Source: SAR324 cluster bacterium (GTDB lineage: Bacteria; SAR324; XYD2-FULL-50-16). Taken from it: 64,000 nt of DNA. How positions within the stretch are numbered: position 1 is the first letter of the stretch; each line of letters opens with the position of its first letter. Position numbers and translations under genes: made by a program. This document shows positions 19,750 to 30,076 of the stretch, piece after piece. The stretch covers positions 64,906-128,905 of the forward strand of contig JANQGX010000059.1 of assembly GCA_028282885.1 (NCBI GenBank), written 5' to 3'. The notes beneath the pieces are model-generated. The model saw nothing but the letters and a program-made list of their open reading frames with translations. It was not told the DNA's origin and ran no database searches.

Positions 19750-20889
19750 ATGTCGATGAATCGTCCGGAATTATCCGTCATCAAATTGATTGTTAAGATT
19801 TTCGTAATCTGTTTGATTCTTTGTGCCTGCGACCAGAATGATTCGGGGGTGAACACCGATACGGAGCTTCGCATATTCTCCATGGTCCCGGATGATGGTG
19901 ATTCCGACATAGCTGCCAGCGGGGTGCTGCAGGTAACTTTCAACCAGTCCGTCAACCTGTCAACTGTTTCGAGTATCCGGGAAAACGGAACCTGTTCCGG
20001 GTCTGTTCAACTGTCTTCCGATAACTTTCAAAGTTGTATCGGACTTGACTATGCGGGTTTGACCGACAACGGTAACACCATCAGGGTTCCCTATCTGGTG
20101 GAATCGGATTCCCAATACAAGATCAGAATCAGTACCGGTATCAGGGCTGAAGAAGGGGGGAGCCTTGCTGAAGATTACTCAACCGAAACCGGTTTCACAA
20201 AAGCAGACAGCAACACCTGTGACCAAATCCCGCGGGAGCGCCTGATGGTTGCCGTCGTTTTCGGTCAGTCCAATTCGACCGATTCATCACCGGGAAGAAA
20301 AACTCTGAATCGTAATGTCTATATGATGGATTCGAACGGCCTTTGTTCCTATGCCTCGGATCCTATGTTATATAAACCGGTATTGGATCTGGGGTGTGTA
20401 TGGAGCAGACTGGGACCGAAAATCGTTTCGGCGGGACTGTATGACAATGTGCTTTTTATCTCTGTTGGTGTTGGGGGGACCTCCGTTTCGCTATGGGTTC
20501 CCGGAGCGCTGTATCATGATCGAATTACCGAGGCAATGGATCTGTTAGGTAATGCCGGCTTTTCCACTACCCATTTTCTCTGGCACCAGGGAGAATCTGA
20601 TCGATATTCCACCGCCGATGAATATAAAACAAACTTCAATTTGATGCTGGGGAGTATCAGAAGTCGACAACCGACAACACCTGTTTACGTATCCATCGCC
20701 AGCAGATGTGGAGGTGATCCCATTACACAAATCCAGCAGGCGCAAATGGATCTGGTGGATATTGAAAACTATGTTTTCCAAGGACCGAATACTGATACCC
20801 TGGGATTTTCTTACAGATATGACGGCTGCCATTTTCATGAAGGTGGATTGGAAGCACACGCTGATCTATGGATGGAGGTGCTGCAGTAA
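19750..20889 (+). CDS. Lipoprotein with Ig-like (Big_5/SbsA-type) domain and SGNH sialate O-acetylesterase/CE6-type domain
   Basis: Lipobox LCAC; VTFNQSV Ig pattern; GQSN, WHQGESD and DGCH catalytic motifs. Confidence 0.85.
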   Translation: MSMNRPELSVIKLIVKIFVICLILCACDQNDSGVNTDTELRIFSMVPDDGDSDIAASGVLQVTFNQSVNLSTVSSIRENGTCSGSVQLSSDNFQSCIGLDYAGLTDNGNTIRVPYLVESDSQYKIRISTGIRAEEGGSLAEDYSTETGFTKADSNTCDQIPRERLMVAVVFGQSNSTDSSPGRKTLNRNVYMMDSNGLCSYASDPMLYKPVLDLGCVWSRLGPKIVSAGLYDNVLFISVGVGGTSVSLWVPGALYHDRITEAMDLLGNAGFSTTHFLWHQGESDRYSTADEYKTNFNLMLGSIRSRQPTTPVYVSIASRCGGDPITQIQQAQMDLVDIENYVFQGPNTDTLGFSYRYDGCHFHEGGLEAHADLWMEVLQ

Positions 20890-21041
20890 AAAACGGAAAA
20901 TCAAACGGGTGAAAAATTGCAGTCATTCAACCACTTGTATCCATGCAAAAGGATGGTAGGTGACGATTTTTTAGTGTGAACAAAGGTACAATCCGACAAA
21001 ACCTATTTTAAGCTAGATCGCTTTTGGCAGGAAGAAAGATT

Positions 21042-22397
21042 ATGAGTAGATATCACCATGATTCTGACGGAGTCACCCTTTTTAGTCTGAAATACGTCGC
21101 CCGGCGGAAGAGCCGTGTGAATCTCTTTGGATTTCTGGTTGCTCTGTTGATGATATTTCCGGCATCCGAAATCGCCTTTGCAGATAACGGAGAATCCGTG
21201 AAAGCCATAGTCTTTTACAAACAGGACTGTCCCGATTGTAAGGCTCTGACACATGATATTCTGCCGGTTTTTAAAAAAAGGTATGGAGACGCTCTGAATA
21301 TCCTGACCGTGAACAATGGCGACCCGCGAGGAGGTGGACTCTATCTGTCAACCCTGCTTGCGATGAACTTATCCCTGACCGAGTCCCTTCCATTTGTGAT
21401 CGTCGGTGATGTTGTTCTAAAAGGTTCTGAGTCCGTTACCAGGGAGTTTCCCGCATTGGTTGAAGAGAGAATTCTCCAGAAGAAGACCGGGTGGCCGGAT
21501 ATTCCCGGGCTGGATAAAGTTTTGAAAGCGATTACCCAAATGAATCAAGAGGATCAGGCCTCCTGGTGGATCGCCGGAGAGGTTAACGAAATCCAGTATC
21601 TTTTGGCAGGTTTTGCCTACAGATATAACCATGATCCCCTTGCCAACCGTTATGCGGTTGTCGTGTTGTGCTGCCTGATCGTCGGTCTCGTGATCTCACT
21701 TTATCTCTTTTTTCGGAAGGAGAAGCGCCAACCCTGTATTTACCGTGCCGGTGTTTTAACCCTGCAATTGGTAGGTGTTTATGTGGCCTGGCAACTGGCC
21801 GAAATCAGCAACATTCTCTCCTCGCACAAGTCACTTTTGGGATCCTTTGAGGATCTGCTGGCGATTACTGTTTTTACAGGAATGCTGATATCTCTTCTGT
21901 TTTCCTTGTGGTCATTCCGGGGATCGAACAAGACACGAATTGCCATTTGGCAGATTCGAATTATTCCCCTTCTCTCCCTCATAGTTTTGACCGCAGCCGG
22001 ATACCTGCTGTATTCGGAGTTGAGTGGAGCGGAAGCCCAATGTGGTGCTGTCGGAGATTGCAACGCAGTGCAGCAGAGCCCGTACGCTAAGTTGTTTGGA
22101 TGGATTTCTGTTGCGGGATTCGGAATCATGGGTATCTTGCTTGTAACTTTGTTCTGGCTGCTTTACCAGTTCGGCCCTGCAAACAGGCAGTCCCTGTTCG
22201 GCCTGGGAATGTGGGGCGGTCTCTTGATCGGCGTGCTTTTTTTCACCTACCTTACCTTCTTGGAACCTTTCGTTATCGGTGCTACCTGCTTTTGGTGCCT
22301 TTCAGCAGCCATTGCCATGGTACTGGAATTTTACATTCTGACTCCCCTGGCAGGACAATCGTGGCATAAATTGAGAGAGCTTTATCGTCGTGCTTAG
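21042..22397 (+). CDS. Thioredoxin-like (CPDC) domain fused to a membrane VKOR-family domain
   Basis: FYKQDCPDC; CGAVGDCNAVQQSPYAKLFG and LEPFVIGATCFWC VKOR motifs; multiple TM segments. Start uncertain. Confidence 0.88.
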   Translation: MSRYHHDSDGVTLFSLKYVARRKSRVNLFGFLVALLMIFPASEIAFADNGESVKAIVFYKQDCPDCKALTHDILPVFKKRYGDALNILTVNNGDPRGGGLYLSTLLAMNLSLTESLPFVIVGDVVLKGSESVTREFPALVEERILQKKTGWPDIPGLDKVLKAITQMNQEDQASWWIAGEVNEIQYLLAGFAYRYNHDPLANRYAVVVLCCLIVGLVISLYLFFRKEKRQPCIYRAGVLTLQLVGVYVAWQLAEISNILSSHKSLLGSFEDLLAITVFTGMLISLLFSLWSFRGSNKTRIAIWQIRIIPLLSLIVLTAAGYLLYSELSGAEAQCGAVGDCNAVQQSPYAKLFGWISVAGFGIMGILLVTLFWLLYQFGPANRQSLFGLGMWGGLLIGVLFFTYLTFLEPFVIGATCFWCLSAAIAMVLEFYILTPLAGQSWHKLRELYRRA

Positions 22398-22807
22398 ATA
22401 ATCGGCTTCAGATCTACCCCTTACCCCTTTTTTAGGCCTGGATTGAGTATTTCACCGATTACCGGAATGACCGCTAATCAATTTTGAGAATTAAGGATCA
22501 TCCAAAGATCGGCCAACTGGAGCCTCAACAATACAATCCTGTTTCAATTGACATGCAGTGAGGTTTGCCGCTATACATCGAAAACCCTTCAATCCCGAAG
22601 GTAATGTTACGGAATGATTTATTAGATGATGACAAAAATCGTCACCCCCATGAGTTTAAATGTCGACCTAATAGGTCATTTTGGTCATACTACTCTCTAA
22701 ACCTCGCCAGCACTAATTCGATGCTTCCAGGGAACGACCTCTTTTTCAACAGACAGTAAATCGCAAACTGATTTAAGACATCCGGTCAAATTCTCAAGCG
22801 AGTAAAC

Positions 22808-24703
22808 ATGCAGAATACTCTCAACTGGCACAATAACCGGCTTTCACGACTGCTTCTTGGTTATATTATCCTCTGTAGTTCCTTTTTTACACTGATCGGT
22901 ACAGCGGTCCAGCTTTACAGTGATTACAGATCCGATATCAAATCCATAGAGGGCGGCATCAGGCACATAGAAAAGGGATACCTGAAAACAATCTCCAGTA
23001 GTTTGTGGGCTTTGGATTCGGGGCAGATGAAAAACAGTCTTGAAGGAGCGTCCTATTTACCTGATATCCAGTATCTGGAAGTTCGAGAGCACAGAAACGG
23101 GGTGGAAAAGATTTTTGCCAGTTGGGGGGAGAGGATAGACCAACAACTGATAAAAAAAGATCTGCCCCTCTATTACGGAAATTCCGACAAGAAAATCGGA
23201 TCCCTGCTGGTAATTGCCAGTACGGACAAAGTGATGCAGAGGCTGAGAGCAAAATTGCTGCTGATTCTCCTAACCCAGGGGATCAAGACCTTTCTTGTTT
23301 CGCTCTGTATTTTGTTCATCTTCCATCGCTTGATTATGAAGCATCTAATCTCCATCACCGGTTATTTCAGCGCTTTTGATCTGAATAATCTGGATGCTCC
23401 TCTTGCCATCAAAAGGCGAATGTCCCGCCCCAGACAACCGGATCTGTTTGAATCCCTGGTCAATTCTATCAACCGCATGCGTGTGAGATTGAAGGAGAAT
23501 CTCAGTGCCAGAATTGACAACCAGTTAGAGTTGAACCGACTAAAGAATCAATTAAAGAATATTGTGGATTCCATGCCGGCCATTCTCATCGGCATCGATA
23601 ACAATGGTAAAGTAACCCACTGGAATCGTAGCGCCGAGGATGAAACAGGCAAACGTCCGGACGAAGTTGAGGGGAAACTCTTAATTGATGTCTTTCCTCC
23701 CCTGGGAGAGCGAACGGACTTTCTCAAAAAAGTTCTGGAACACTCCTATTCGGGGCGCAGTTATAGAATCAACAGGCAGGTTGAAGATAAAACAGTATTC
23801 TGGGATGTTATGGCATATCCTCTTGCAACAAACGGTGAGCAGGGTGTTGTGGTAAGAATCGAAGACATTACCGAGAAGGTAAGAATAGATCAGCTCATGA
23901 TTCAGACCGAGAAAATGGTTTCTGTCGGCGGAATTGCAGCGGGAATTGCCCATGAGATTAATAATCCTCTTTCTGTTGTCATCACCGGAATTCAGAACTC
24001 AATGAGAAGAATCAGACCGACCTGGAAGAAAAACCGCGAAGTGGCAGAGTCGATCAATGTGGATCTGGATGGCGTCAACGAGTATTTGGAGAAACGAGAG
24101 ATTTTTAAATACTTGAAGGGAGTGGAAGAGTCGGGGAAACGAGCTGCGAAAATCGTGTCCAATATGCTGAGTTTTAGTCGCAGATCCAGTACTCAATTCG
24201 CGCCGGTGGATCTGGAAAGTTTGGTGAACAACACAATCGAACTGGCCGTTAACGATTACGATCTGACTAAAAAATACGACTTCAAACACATCAAGCTGGT
24301 TAAAAACCTGGGGCCGGACCGGATAGAGTTCATGGGATCGGAAACCGAAATTGAACAGGTGTTATTGAACCTCTTGAAAAACTCGGCAGAAGCGATTTAC
24401 GAAGATGAGAAAAAAGATCAACCCCAAATCGGGATCTATGCCAAATCCGACGGCAGGAGAGTGCGCATTGAAATCGAAGATAACGGCCCCGGTATCGATA
24501 AATCAAAGCTCAAACGGATCTTTGAACCGTTTTACACGACTAAACCGGTAGGAAAAGGCACAGGATTGGGGCTTTCCGTTTCTTACCTGATTATTACCAA
24601 GAACCACAAGGGCAGCATGGAAGTGGAATCGGAGAAGGGGAGAGGAACCAAATTCATCATTCATCTCCCGTTGAATGTTGAGAAAGCTGCAATTCAAGGC
24701 TGA
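22808..24703 (+). CDS. Membrane sensor histidine kinase (periplasmic domain, HAMP-like, PAS, HisKA, HATPase)
   Basis: AGIAHEINNPL, FEPFYTTK and GTGLGLS motifs; two TM segments. Confidence 0.93.
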   Translation: MQNTLNWHNNRLSRLLLGYIILCSSFFTLIGTAVQLYSDYRSDIKSIEGGIRHIEKGYLKTISSSLWALDSGQMKNSLEGASYLPDIQYLEVREHRNGVEKIFASWGERIDQQLIKKDLPLYYGNSDKKIGSLLVIASTDKVMQRLRAKLLLILLTQGIKTFLVSLCILFIFHRLIMKHLISITGYFSAFDLNNLDAPLAIKRRMSRPRQPDLFESLVNSINRMRVRLKENLSARIDNQLELNRLKNQLKNIVDSMPAILIGIDNNGKVTHWNRSAEDETGKRPDEVEGKLLIDVFPPLGERTDFLKKVLEHSYSGRSYRINRQVEDKTVFWDVMAYPLATNGEQGVVVRIEDITEKVRIDQLMIQTEKMVSVGGIAAGIAHEINNPLSVVITGIQNSMRRIRPTWKKNREVAESINVDLDGVNEYLEKREIFKYLKGVEESGKRAAKIVSNMLSFSRRSSTQFAPVDLESLVNNTIELAVNDYDLTKKYDFKHIKLVKNLGPDRIEFMGSETEIEQVLLNLLKNSAEAIYEDEKKDQPQIGIYAKSDGRRVRIEIEDNGPGIDKSKLKRIFEPFYTTKPVGKGTGLGLSVSYLIITKNHKGSMEVESEKGRGTKFIIHLPLNVEKAAIQG

Positions 24704-24706
24704 ATC

Positions 24707-25624
24707 TTACTCGGCGTAATCCATGTGAACAACCAGGGGGCTGGTTTTCCCTTCAATGATGACCTGTTGGTAGAGATCCTTCCATTGTTTGGAGAGAATA
24801 TTCCATCGCGCTGCGAAACCTACTATCTTGTCAAGAATGTCTCTTCTCCCGACCAGTTGATTAATGCGATTAATGGCGATTTGCCCTGCTTCGGTCTTGC
24901 TGCAGCTAATGCCGATATACAGGTATTTCTGATCTTCCTTTATATTATAAAAAACAAACTCATTGGGAATCCCCAAAACACTTTCACTGATAATGGGTAA
25001 CATGGGCCAGTTGATGGTGTAATCGATGCGGTTGTTCAGAATCATGCGAAGGTCCGATTGGAGCAACCCGCTTTCCTCCCAATAGATATTTTCGTTATCC
25101 GCATATTTTTTTGTCAGCCGCCGGATACCCGGCGCATAAGCAAAGACTTTTGCCAGGCCTATGCGCAGATCCTGGTTTTGCAGCAGACTCTCCAGCGACA
25201 CCACAGTGCCGGGTGGACCAAATTTGTGAGCATCCCGGCTGTGAGCAATTACTCCCATGGGAAACCAAATTAGAATGGGATTGGAAAACAGGCGGTATTT
25301 CGGGAAGGTCCTCCAGCCAAAATAGCAATTATTTCCGTGTTTTGCTTCAACGTTAAATCTCTTATGGTTCAGCCAGAGAACCTGGATTTCAAAATCTGTT
25401 AAGATCTCTTTGCGAAAAAGATCGAGAATCAATTCATTGATACCTTCCCCTTTGTATTGTCCCTCGGCAATATTAATCGGGATCTGATTGAACTTTAGCC
25501 AGTCCAGTTGTGTCCTGGCAGACAGGTTCAGGGTAACCAAAATTGGTAAAAGAGAAATGACCAGCTTTAAGAGGAAAGAGGTCCCTGTTGATCGGTTTAA
25601 ACAAACCACGGTTTTTGCCTTCAT
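24707..25624 (-). CDS. Periplasmic solute-binding-like protein (TIGR02285/PBP type 2-like)
   Basis: Signal peptide; GQYKGEGI, MILNNRIDY and YIGISCSKTEAG patterns typical of this family. Confidence 0.7.
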   Translation of the reverse strand: MKAKTVVCLNRSTGTSFLLKLVISLLPILVTLNLSARTQLDWLKFNQIPINIAEGQYKGEGINELILDLFRKEILTDFEIQVLWLNHKRFNVEAKHGNNCYFGWRTFPKYRLFSNPILIWFPMGVIAHSRDAHKFGPPGTVVSLESLLQNQDLRIGLAKVFAYAPGIRRLTKKYADNENIYWEESGLLQSDLRMILNNRIDYTINWPMLPIISESVLGIPNEFVFYNIKEDQKYLYIGISCSKTEAGQIAINRINQLVGRRDILDKIVGFAARWNILSKQWKDLYQQVIIEGKTSPLVVHMDYAE

Positions 25625-25784
25625 ATTGGCTATACATATTCAAGGGGCGCGTTCCGGATTGTCCGGGTGAAAGATTAACTACTCTATCCCGGATAAGTTG
25701 TCCTGATATGCTATCTCAGAATGAGTTTTTTTTGAAGAAGAGATTGATCCGGATAACGGATCTGTGGATTGAAAGCGGCTTTAG

Positions 25785-27044
25785 TCAGTTCGTTCCTTGA
25801 CGGGGGGAGTAGACGTCGTTTTTATTCCAGGTACCTGAGCCTCCCAGCAGATAAGCTTTGCCTTCAACAGTACTGCAGGTTGTATTGTAACGTTCGGCGG
25901 GCAACTGTTTTCCCTGACTCCAACTATTTGTATTCGGATCATATACCTCAACCGATGTTAACGCTCCTTTGCCTCCGAAAACATAGATCCTGCCGTCAAT
26001 AACGCAACCCGAGTGCGAATAGCGAGGAGTTGGCAGCGGTGCTTTGCGTGTCCATTTATTCCTTAATGGATCATACGCTTCAACCGAATCGAGGACTTTT
26101 TTACCGTAGCGACCTCCAATAAGGTAGATCCTCCTGTTGATAACATGACTTGAATGAGAAGTCCGCTTGGTCGGCATTGTGGTTCCTTTCCGCCAGGTAT
26201 CTGTTTTTGTATCATAAATCTCTATGCTGTCAGCTGCCTGACGGCCTCCGAACACGAATATCTCTTTTTTGACAACACTGGCGGAATGGTCATATCGCCT
26301 GGTGGGTATGGGACTCCCTAATATCGAACTGTCACTTTTGGGATCGTATATCTCGATTGGTCCAATGCCTCCTTCATGGTCGTGGTTGTGTCCGGCGATA
26401 ATGTATACTTTTTTTGATACAACCGAACTTGAATGATGGTCCCTGGCGTATTTGAGCAGGGATCGTCTTTCCCAGCGATTCCTGTCCGGATGATATACCT
26501 CCACCGAGTTGATGTAATGTTTGCGCCATCCTCCTATAACATATATTTTATCCTTAACGGTGTTGCTTGAGGCATTGATCTTGGAAACGAGCATAGGGGC
26601 TTTTTCCTCCCAGGAACCTTCAATGAGGGTCTCGTCTGTCGTTAACTTCTTTCGTTGCGGATCCTTGATGACAATGACCTTCTCTGTAAATCCGTCTTCA
26701 GTTAGAAAAAATCGGATCTTTTTCGTCGGGATCCCTTCTTTCTGTGTAAATACCGAGTAGGTTCCCGCAGGACGGGAGTGATACCTGTCTCCCTTGAATC
26801 CTTTGCGATGGGAATAAACACGCCCGTAACCAAAAGCATCAGTTCGAAGTTTTTCCTCTTTACGGGTATTCAGATCGATCAGGGATAGGGTGGCGTTTTC
26901 CACCGCTTCCTTATGGTACATCACCTTTATCGAGAAGGTTCCGTGTTGTTTGAGGGCGGTGTCTTCCGGCAGAACAACAGCCGTTCCAACGGCAGCCATG
27001 GTGGCAAACACGGCAATACCGTATTGCTGTATTTTCTTGTTCAT
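25785..27044 (-). CDS. Exported or anchored Kelch-repeat beta-propeller protein with an N-terminal prealbumin-like domain
   Basis: Six Kelch repeats (IYVIGG, VYIIAG, IFVFGG, IYLIGG, IYVFGG, AYLLGG; VEVYDP..W). ATGA overlap with the upstream gene. Confidence 0.9.
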   Translation of the reverse strand: MNKKIQQYGIAVFATMAAVGTAVVLPEDTALKQHGTFSIKVMYHKEAVENATLSLIDLNTRKEEKLRTDAFGYGRVYSHRKGFKGDRYHSRPAGTYSVFTQKEGIPTKKIRFFLTEDGFTEKVIVIKDPQRKKLTTDETLIEGSWEEKAPMLVSKINASSNTVKDKIYVIGGWRKHYINSVEVYHPDRNRWERRSLLKYARDHHSSSVVSKKVYIIAGHNHDHEGGIGPIEIYDPKSDSSILGSPIPTRRYDHSASVVKKEIFVFGGRQAADSIEIYDTKTDTWRKGTTMPTKRTSHSSHVINRRIYLIGGRYGKKVLDSVEAYDPLRNKWTRKAPLPTPRYSHSGCVIDGRIYVFGGKGALTSVEVYDPNTNSWSQGKQLPAERYNTTCSTVEGKAYLLGGSGTWNKNDVYSPRQGTN

Positions 27045-30000
27045 TCGATCTTCGGTAGTTTCGATTGAAGGGGTTCCGGTAATTCCCTGTTTTCATTTTG
27101 CTGCAGTTGTATCGCCTGGCGACGGACAGCCGGTCGGATTTTGGCCTTGTCCAGGTGTTTCCAGATACTGAGCCAAGCCAGTTGGCGGACGTCATATTTC
27201 GCCCGGTATTCAATCGATGACCAGCCCACCAGATACACTGCTGAAGTATCTGTAATTTCAAAGAAATAAACCCAACAGGCCGGATCCTTCAGAATATGCT
27301 CATCGACCTCTGACACCGCTTTTAACAATACCGCTTTTACCTTTTCGGGATCGTGTTCGGGGTCGATATAGACTGAAATCCAGTCATTGTACATTTCACT
27401 GGGCAGACTGAAATTATGGATAAAGGATTCGGCCACGGTTGAATTGGGAATGGCAAAGATACAACCCAGTTTGTCCTCGAATCTGGTCGTTCTCCAGTTG
27501 ATATCTATGACCCGTCCTTCAGAATAGCTGCCGACTTTTACCCAGTCTCCTACATGGTAAGGGCGCTCAAGATTCAAAGCGATTCCGGAAAAAATATTCG
27601 CGATATTTAACTGGATGGCGAGACCGATGATCATCATCAGGATTCCGGAAGTCGCGATCAGCCCGGTTATTTTGAAGTCAAAGACAAAGGCGATGATACC
27701 AAAACTGGTCAACAGATAGATCAGGAAAGCCGTAAAACCCCTAATCAACCCCGGGACTTTTCTGTCAGAACGATACTCAATCGTATCAAAAATATTCTTC
27801 TGTATAACATCGTTCAGCATCTTGGCCGGAATCACCCACCACAGAACATCAAAAAATTTGGTGATAGAATCCAGGGTTGTTTCAGACACAGTGCCCAAAA
27901 GTGACTGGATCAAAGTCGTTTCCACCAAAATCAGAAGCAGAAAGGAGAGCAGGATACGGACAAAGCCCCCCATCCTGACCAGGCGCCTTTCCATTTCAAT
28001 CCGCTTTTTCTTGGTAATTCGGATAAACTGTTGCCTGCTGTCATCGTTATCCTCCAGCCAGTAAGAAAAACCCGTCTTTCGTTTCTTTTTGGTCGGCGTA
28101 GCCGGATACATCCGGAAGGCTATTTCTCCGGCTAGCTCCCCTTTAAGCCAGAAGAAAGCAGACAGCAGAAAAAGGGTGATCAGGGTCAGGTATCCCGAAA
28201 GCGGTTCGGGAATCAGAAGCCTGGGGCTGAATCGTATCTTGCTGACCTGAATCTTTGCGGTAAACCTTGAATGTTCAATGGTTTTGTCAATGTGGTCAAT
28301 ATACTTGATGTTTCCCCAAGTTCTTTTCCTTGAGATATCATGATAATACGAAGCGTCAGTGATATTCCAGCCGTGCAGAGAGTTCAGGATAGGGCCTGCC
28401 TCTTTGCCCTCCGGCCATACTTTGCCAAGCATTCCCAACTCATCCTTGATAAATTGCAGCTCTCTTCTTGTCTTATTCTTATGGCGAAAGGCAACCCCAA
28501 GCACATGGGCCCTGTACACATCGCTTGGGATAAAATCCGCTCGGAAGGTTCCTTCAACCTGGTAACGTCGGTAAACGGACTGATCGATGATTTCTTCAGC
28601 AACCGGTGGTTTCAGCTTTATCGGTTTCAACGAATTCAGAAACTCCAGAGCAGTAATATCAATGTCCCCCTGATTATACCTGAACCAGAGATAAAAATTG
28701 GCCTTAAAAGTAAGATTTTCTTCGTCCAGGCTGCTGAGTTCGATGATTTCGATTCCGGAATGCACCACACTGGTTTTATAAAAATACTCTTTCCCGACTT
28801 TGATAATCCTGCCCTCATCCAGGTCTTCCTCCAACGTACCGATCTCTTTTATATCTTTTATGATTTGAAACTGGTGAGGGGCGGGAATCAGTTGGGTTCC
28901 TTTATATATCCCCATAGCGATCGGTTTGAAAGAATTTCCTTTTTCATCAAAAAAGTTTAGACCGGTCATCCCCAGTAGTGAGTCCTTAACATTGGACAAT
29001 CCGGATATATACTCCCTTAACTTGTTGCGATCTGACTTAATAGATTCCCGGTTACCTTTCAGTTCATACTGCCGGATTCCCTCGGAGATGATCATTGCCG
29101 CATCATGGGCGTAAGCCGTATCCCATTTGGGATCAACCTCAAACCGTTTGCTGAAGCTCCTCTTGAATCGTTGGGCATTTTCATTGGCAAGTTCGTACGA
29201 AAAGGCAGACACTGCATATAACCCATCGGTATAATACCCGGGATGCATTTTTTCCTTGGGCAGGTCCTGAAACCAGAGGGTCAGATTAGTCTGGGAAAAG
29301 CCAACCGGCGTAATCACGGGATTGGGAATTTGCTCATCTTTAAGATGTTGTATTATCTGAACACTCTCATACGGATGGGTCAGCAGGATCAATGGTAGAC
29401 TGGTATCATTGGTTTTTTTGATCTCTTTGATCATCGTTATGGCGTTCTCGGTCCGGGCTTCGGATTGCACCTCCCACCGGTGTTTGATCGGTACATCCAG
29501 GGTGCGAAGGGTTTTCTGAAATTCAATGACCATCTCCTGACTGGACGAGTCCGAGCCGGCAACCAACATCACCGCTTTCGGTTCAAAGACATTGTTGATG
29601 TAATGAGCAATGAACCGTGATTGCAGGTTTAAACTGAAAACCGTCCTAAAAAGCCATTTATTATCTTCGACAGTTTCCTGCCCCATGGCGGAAGGCGTGA
29701 TGATTGGTATCCCGGCTTCCTTGTATATCTCTCCTGCTGCAAGTGTACAGGTATCACTCTGGTGTCCGATGACTGCTATCGCCCTCCCCTCTTCCACAAT
29801 TTTAGACGCGATTTTTACAGCGGTCACCGGGTCATTGTGGTCATCGTACACATCCAGTCTCAGTTCATTGCTGTGAATTCCTCCCTGCTGGTTAAGATTC
29901 CGGATATATAGCCGAGTCGCATTCACGTAGCTATCCTGCTTCTCGTCAGGTCCGATGACAGCTATATGTAGCGCTGATCTGTCTGCCGAATAGAAGTGCT

Positions 30001-30076
30001 TGATCCAGAATAGTGGCTGAATCAGGATAATCAGGGTGATGACGATTTTTACAGGTATACTTTTATAGTTAATCAT
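27041..30076 (-). CDS. Fusion of a Leu/Ile/Val-type periplasmic binding domain, a pLGIC-ECD-like domain and an MscS mechanosensitive channel
   Basis: aa ~35-395 Peripla_BP_6-like (DDHNDP, AVIGH, WLFRT, AYAHDA); aa ~435-613 LSSLDEENLTFKANFYLWFRY; C-terminal GLAIQLNIANIFSGIALNLERPYHVGDWV..GRVIDINWRTT..IPNS (MscS). Confidence 0.88.
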   Translation of the reverse strand: MINYKSIPVKIVITLIILIQPLFWIKHFYSADRSALHIAVIGPDEKQDSYVNATRLYIRNLNQQGGIHSNELRLDVYDDHNDPVTAVKIASKIVEEGRAIAVIGHQSDTCTLAAGEIYKEAGIPIITPSAMGQETVEDNKWLFRTVFSLNLQSRFIAHYINNVFEPKAVMLVAGSDSSSQEMVIEFQKTLRTLDVPIKHRWEVQSEARTENAITMIKEIKKTNDTSLPLILLTHPYESVQIIQHLKDEQIPNPVITPVGFSQTNLTLWFQDLPKEKMHPGYYTDGLYAVSAFSYELANENAQRFKRSFSKRFEVDPKWDTAYAHDAAMIISEGIRQYELKGNRESIKSDRNKLREYISGLSNVKDSLLGMTGLNFFDEKGNSFKPIAMGIYKGTQLIPAPHQFQIIKDIKEIGTLEEDLDEGRIIKVGKEYFYKTSVVHSGIEIIELSSLDEENLTFKANFYLWFRYNQGDIDITALEFLNSLKPIKLKPPVAEEIIDQSVYRRYQVEGTFRADFIPSDVYRAHVLGVAFRHKNKTRRELQFIKDELGMLGKVWPEGKEAGPILNSLHGWNITDASYYHDISRKRTWGNIKYIDHIDKTIEHSRFTAKIQVSKIRFSPRLLIPEPLSGYLTLITLFLLSAFFWLKGELAGEIAFRMYPATPTKKKRKTGFSYWLEDNDDSRQQFIRITKKKRIEMERRLVRMGGFVRILLSFLLLILVETTLIQSLLGTVSETTLDSITKFFDVLWWVIPAKMLNDVIQKNIFDTIEYRSDRKVPGLIRGFTAFLIYLLTSFGIIAFVFDFKITGLIATSGILMMIIGLAIQLNIANIFSGIALNLERPYHVGDWVKVGSYSEGRVIDINWRTTRFEDKLGCIFAIPNSTVAESFIHNFSLPSEMYNDWISVYIDPEHDPEKVKAVLLKAVSEVDEHILKDPACWVYFFEITDTSAVYLVGWSSIEYRAKYDVRQLAWLSIWKHLDKAKIRPAVRRQAIQLQQNENRELPEPLQSKLPKIE

